52,316 nucleotides of DNA from an uncultured Deinococcaceae bacterium (lineage in GTDB: Bacteria; Deinococcota; Deinococci; Deinococcales; Deinococcaceae): assembly GCA_964252075.1 (NCBI GenBank), contig CAXULY010000040.1:1-52316 (forward strand), given 5' to 3'. The position numbers were made by a program, and so were the translations under genes. Of this stretch, positions 48,470 to 52,316 are shown piece after piece. Under the pieces are notes generated by a model. That model saw only the letters and a program-made list of their open reading frames with translations. It had not been told where the DNA came from and searched no databases. Every line of letters begins with the position of its first letter. Position 1 is the stretch's first letter.

Positions 48470-51226
48470 GTGCCGCGCTCCCCGTCTCCCCTGCCCGACC
48501 CGCACCTCCTCTTCCCCGGCACCAGTGAACTGGCCGGGCGGATGCGCGCCCTCGACTGGACCTCGACGCCCCTCGGTCCCGTGCAGGGCTGGCCGCAGAG
48601 CCTGCGCACCGCGGTCAGTGTCGTCCTGGCCAGCCCGACCCCCATGATCCTGCTGTGGGGGAGCGAGCTCGTGCAGTTCTACAACGACGGGTACCGCGAC
48701 ATCATGGGCGCCAAGCACCCGGGCGGGCTGGGGCAGCGCAACCAGGACTGCTGGCCGGAAGTGTGGGACTTCACCGCGCCGATCTACCAGGGGGTCCTGC
48801 ACCACGGCCAGTCATTCCAGTTCACCGATCAGCGCCTCGTGCTGAAGCGCCACGGGGTGGACGAGGAAACCTACTTCACCCTGACATACACCCCGGTGCG
48901 GGACGAGGAGGGCGGGGTGGGCGGCATTCTGGTCGGCGTGCAGGAAACCACCGAACGCGTCCAAGCGCAGCGTCAACTTGAGGCGCAGCACGCTGAGCTG
49001 GAGGCGCGCAACAGGGCGCTGGAGGGCTTCGCGGACCTGACGCGCACCCTCGGCCTGGAGACCGACCCGCACGTCCTCGTGCGGCGCGCGCAGGAACTTG
49101 TGCAGTCCCTCCTCCCTGGCGGTTACCTGCTGTACTACGAGCGGAACGGGGAGCGCTGGCGCAACCGCGTGCAGACCGGCGACGTTCGGAACGCCGAACT
49201 GCAGGCGTTCATCGACGCGGGGCCGCTGGGGGGCGTCACACCCAGCGTGGACGTGCCGTGGACGACCAGGCAGGCCCTCTACCAGGATCAGTACGCGCGC
49301 GGCAGCGACACGCCGCAGGACATGGTGGGGCACGTGAGCGCCGCGGCGTCCGTGCCGGTGCTGCTGCACGGTGAGCCCGTGGGGGTGTTCATCGCGGTGC
49401 TGTTCGAGCAGCGCACCTGGACGCGCGAGGACCACGCGGTGCTCGACACGGTGGTGGCCAGCCTCGGCCTCGCCCTGGAACGCGCCGAGCAGGAGGGCCG
49501 GCTCGTCGAGGAGCGCGCGGCACTTGCGGCCTTCACCGGCTTTGTGGAGGCCGTGGGTGTGGAAAGCGACGAGCTGGCCCTCGCCCGCCAGGCCGTGCTG
49601 GTGCTGTCCGCCACACTCGAGCACATGAGCGCCGCGTACCACGAACTGGAGGACGGCCGCTGGAAAGCGCGGGTGTGGTCCGACGACATCGCGCCCGAAC
49701 TCGTCACGCAGATGCGGCAGGGCGTGCCACAGGACGCCCCGCAGTACGCCGAGGCGGCCCGCAGTGGAGACGCGGTGTTCGCCGACGGCTGGAGCGCCGC
49801 GGCGAATGACGTGCAGCACGCGGGTGCGTACGGCGCTGAGGCGTTTCTGCCGCTCGTGGTGCAGGGCGAAACCCGCGGTCTGCTGACGATCAGCACCCAG
49901 CACGAGCGGGCGTGGATGGAGCGCGAGCGGGCGGTGGCGCGCGCCGTCACGCGCGGCCTGCTCATCTCCCTGGAGCGCACGGAAGCCGCCCGGCGCCTCG
50001 CCGCACAGAACGCGGAGTTGGAGATGCGCACCCGAGCTCTGGAGGGCTTCGCGGAGTTCACCCGTGACCTCACCCTGCACAGCGAACCGCAGGTCCTCAT
50101 TCGCCGGGCGCTGGAGATGGCGGTGTCCCTGCTGTCCTCGGGGCTCGGACTGTTCTACGAACGCCGGTCCGAGCGGTGGCACGCGACGGTGCAGGTGGGC
50201 CAGGTGGGCACGCGCGAACTGCAGGCGGCCGTGGAGGCGGGCTTCCCGGTGGGGCAGACCCCCACCCTCGACCGACCGTTCGAGCGGCAGGAACCGTGGT
50301 TCCAGGAGGTGTACGACCGGACGCTGGACGTGCCACCGGACCTGGTGGAGCACCTGGGGGCGGTGGCGACCCTGCCCGTCGTGGTGAGCGGTCAGGTGGC
50401 CGGGATCTTCAACGTGGTGCTGTTCGAGCAGCGGCACTTCAGCGAGGCGGACCGGGCGCTGCTCGTCACGGTCGTCCGCAGCCTCGGGCTGGCGCTGGAG
50501 GGCGCGCGCGGGGTGGCGGCGCTGGCCGAGGAGCGCCGCAATCTCGCGACCGCGAATGAGGAACTGGAAACCTTCTCGTACAGCGTCTCGCACGACCTGC
50601 GCACCCCCGTGCGCCACATCGCGGGCTTCACCGACTTGCTGCGGGCGTCCCTGGGTGAACAGATCAACGAGTGGCAGGCGCGGCACCTCGGTGTCATCGC
50701 GGCGGCGGGGACACGCATGAGCACCTTGATTGACGCGATGCTGGACCTCTCCCGCACGGCCCGACTGCCCCTCCACGTGGGTCCGGTAAACCTCGCGGCG
50801 GTTTGCGCGGAACTGGAGCCGGAAGTCGCGGACCGGACCGTGCAGTGGGCGGTGACCCCGCTGCCGCTGGTGATGGCCGACCACGACACGCTGCGGCAGG
50901 TGATCGTGAACCTGCTGTCGAACGCCCTGAAGTACACGCGCCCCCGCGAGGTCGCGGAGATCACCGTGTGGGCCCAGGAGCGCGAGCGCGACTGGGCGGT
51001 GTTCGTGCACGGGGTGGGGTTCGACCCGCGCTACCAGGAGCGGCTGTTCGGGGTGTTCCAGCGCCTGCACCGAGCGGAGGAGTTCGAGGGCACGGGCGTG
51101 GGCCTCGCGAACGTGCGCCGGATCGTGGAGCGCCACGGCGGCACCGTATGGGCCCAGGGCACACCAGGCACAGGCGCGACGTTCAGGTTCACCATCCCCA
51201 AGGACGACCACGCCCCTCGGCTCTGA
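48470..51226 (+). CDS. PAS/GAF-domain sensor histidine kinase with defective G1 box
   Basis: DWTSTPLGP..WPQSL, YND.Y, KHP..LGQ, W.EVW PAS region; three GAF-like segments; H box FSYSVSHDLRTP; N box NLLSNALKY; FQRLH; G2 GTGVGL; start uncertain. Confidence 0.9.
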   Translation: MPRSPSPLPDPHLLFPGTSELAGRMRALDWTSTPLGPVQGWPQSLRTAVSVVLASPTPMILLWGSELVQFYNDGYRDIMGAKHPGGLGQRNQDCWPEVWDFTAPIYQGVLHHGQSFQFTDQRLVLKRHGVDEETYFTLTYTPVRDEEGGVGGILVGVQETTERVQAQRQLEAQHAELEARNRALEGFADLTRTLGLETDPHVLVRRAQELVQSLLPGGYLLYYERNGERWRNRVQTGDVRNAELQAFIDAGPLGGVTPSVDVPWTTRQALYQDQYARGSDTPQDMVGHVSAAASVPVLLHGEPVGVFIAVLFEQRTWTREDHAVLDTVVASLGLALERAEQEGRLVEERAALAAFTGFVEAVGVESDELALARQAVLVLSATLEHMSAAYHELEDGRWKARVWSDDIAPELVTQMRQGVPQDAPQYAEAARSGDAVFADGWSAAANDVQHAGAYGAEAFLPLVVQGETRGLLTISTQHERAWMERERAVARAVTRGLLISLERTEAARRLAAQNAELEMRTRALEGFAEFTRDLTLHSEPQVLIRRALEMAVSLLSSGLGLFYERRSERWHATVQVGQVGTRELQAAVEAGFPVGQTPTLDRPFERQEPWFQEVYDRTLDVPPDLVEHLGAVATLPVVVSGQVAGIFNVVLFEQRHFSEADRALLVTVVRSLGLALEGARGVAALAEERRNLATANEELETFSYSVSHDLRTPVRHIAGFTDLLRASLGEQINEWQARHLGVIAAAGTRMSTLIDAMLDLSRTARLPLHVGPVNLAAVCAELEPEVADRTVQWAVTPLPLVMADHDTLRQVIVNLLSNALKYTRPREVAEITVWAQERERDWAVFVHGVGFDPRYQERLFGVFQRLHRAEEFEGTGVGLANVRRIVERHGGTVWAQGTPGTGATFRFTIPKDDHAPRL

Positions 51227-51967
51227 GGTTTCGGTCCTGTGACAGAGCTTCGGACAATCGCGCACTGAAAGCAGGTGGTGCCGCATGGGACGGCGGCGGA
51301 CTTGGACATCTGCGAGCGGCATGGAGCATGGAGCTTAGACGCACGTGCGGCTGGACTCCACACGTCGTGCGCAGGCGGTCGCGGCGTGCGAGGAGCCGAA
51401 GCGCCAGCTGGGGCGCCCCCTGACGACAGTCGTGCAGGCGTAAGAGACCTGTACGGAGCGTGGGCCGACAAGGTGGAGCGCCACACGGCGAGTCAGGCGG
51501 TGCAGTGCTCCGCCGCACGTGAGTTCACGGCACTCGGCCACGGCTGACCTTTACCGGTGACCCTGCTGCGCAGCGGGCCTGGGCGAGCACCTTTGGTGCT
51601 TTGAATAACAGCAGGCGCGGCCCCCTCCCCTGCCCCCGGATGGGCCCTGTACGGCTGGGAGCGCGCCGCCATCACGGACCACCACCGGCAGGACCAGTTC
51701 GTCCTGCCGCACCCGCTGGAGTCAACGCCCCAGAGCCGCTCACCGAACGGGAGCCGCTCGGCATTGAGCAGGGCCACTTGGCGCGGCCCTCGGGTCAATC
51801 GTCGAGGCCTGGATTTCCGAGGTCACCGACTTCAGGTCGGATCTCGGCGCGTGACGGGACCGGCGGACGCCTACGCACTTCCTGAAGTCCTCGTGAGAAG
51901 CGTGCGAGCGGCTCCGGTGTGGACGACCGTGACCACACGCGGCTCAGGCGCCCGGAGTTGATCGCCT

Positions 51968-52316
51968 TCACTGCCGTGCGAGGCGCACGACCATGCGCTT
52001 CGCGAATGGCAGTTCAAGCACCTGCGCCACGCCCATCACCCAGGCAAGCGACGCGCACCACCCCGCCAGCACGTCCGAAGGGAAGTGCACCCCCAGGTAC
52101 ACGCGCGACACGCCCACCCACACAACCAGCGCGCCCGCCAGCAGCACGACCGGCCAGCGCCAGCGGGTCCGCCAGCTCAGCAGCACCAGCGTCACGCCCA
52201 GCGCCATGGTCGCCATGGCGTGCCCGCTCGGGAAGCCGGAGTCGTTCTCCGCGACTAGGGCGGACCACAGGTGGGGGCGCGGCCGGTGGAACACCCACTT
52301 GGCGAGGACGTTCAAC
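51968..52316 (-). CDS. PAP2 family phosphatase (5' end lies outside the window)
   Basis: K..F.RPRP, FPSGHA, SRVYLGVHFPSDV. Confidence 0.93.
   Translation of the reverse strand, partial: LNVLAKWVFHRPRPHLWSALVAENDSGFPSGHAMATMALGVTLVLLSWRTRWRWPVVLLAGALVVWVGVSRVYLGVHFPSDVLAGWCASLAWVMGVAQVLELPFAKRMVVRLARQ

Noticed and set aside
46790..51322. Long minus-strand ORFs of 671 and 836 aa
   Set aside because: Shadows of the SnoaL and kinase genes
1..52316. CRISPR arrays, tRNA/rRNA, intact transposase/integrase, DdrO RDRM boxes, PKS/NRPS cluster
   Set aside because: None recognised on manual reading; tailoring-like enzymes are scattered under separate regulators with no core synthase

Overview
GC-rich bacterial accessory region, most consistent with a Deinococcus plasmid or secondary replicon. 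This is an inference from many leaderless TAnnnT-6nt-start promoters, an NPCBM/delta-60 lipoprotein, and Deinococcus-style BTAD-AAA-TPR and multi-GAF kinase proteins. It is a mosaic of about ten small regulator-enzyme cassettes for redox/xenobiotic stress (HxlR-SDR, SoxR-VOC, AraC-SDR, TetR-VOC, TetR/WHG-DUF4260, TetR-P450, MarR-FAD monooxygenase, HxlR-NmrA, TetR-DUF1772, LysR-2x SnoaL), separated by apparently decayed DNA (GH43 and mdtJI-like SMR pseudogenes, possible IS scars). Two larger units stand out. (1) A SARP-like BTAD-AAA-TPR activator lies next to three promoters sharing an identical RTGAC-N6-RTGAC-N11-(-10) architecture, upstream of a large lipoprotein, a secreted beta-rich protein and a globin region. 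(2) A LacI-associated nucleoside hydrolase/adenosine deaminase/nucleotidyltransferase cluster is preceded by a perfect 34-bp palindrome. An orphan PAS-GAF histidine kinase lacks its G1-box Asp. No rRNA, tRNA or CRISPR array was recognised. All family calls come from motif recognition by eye; no database search was run.
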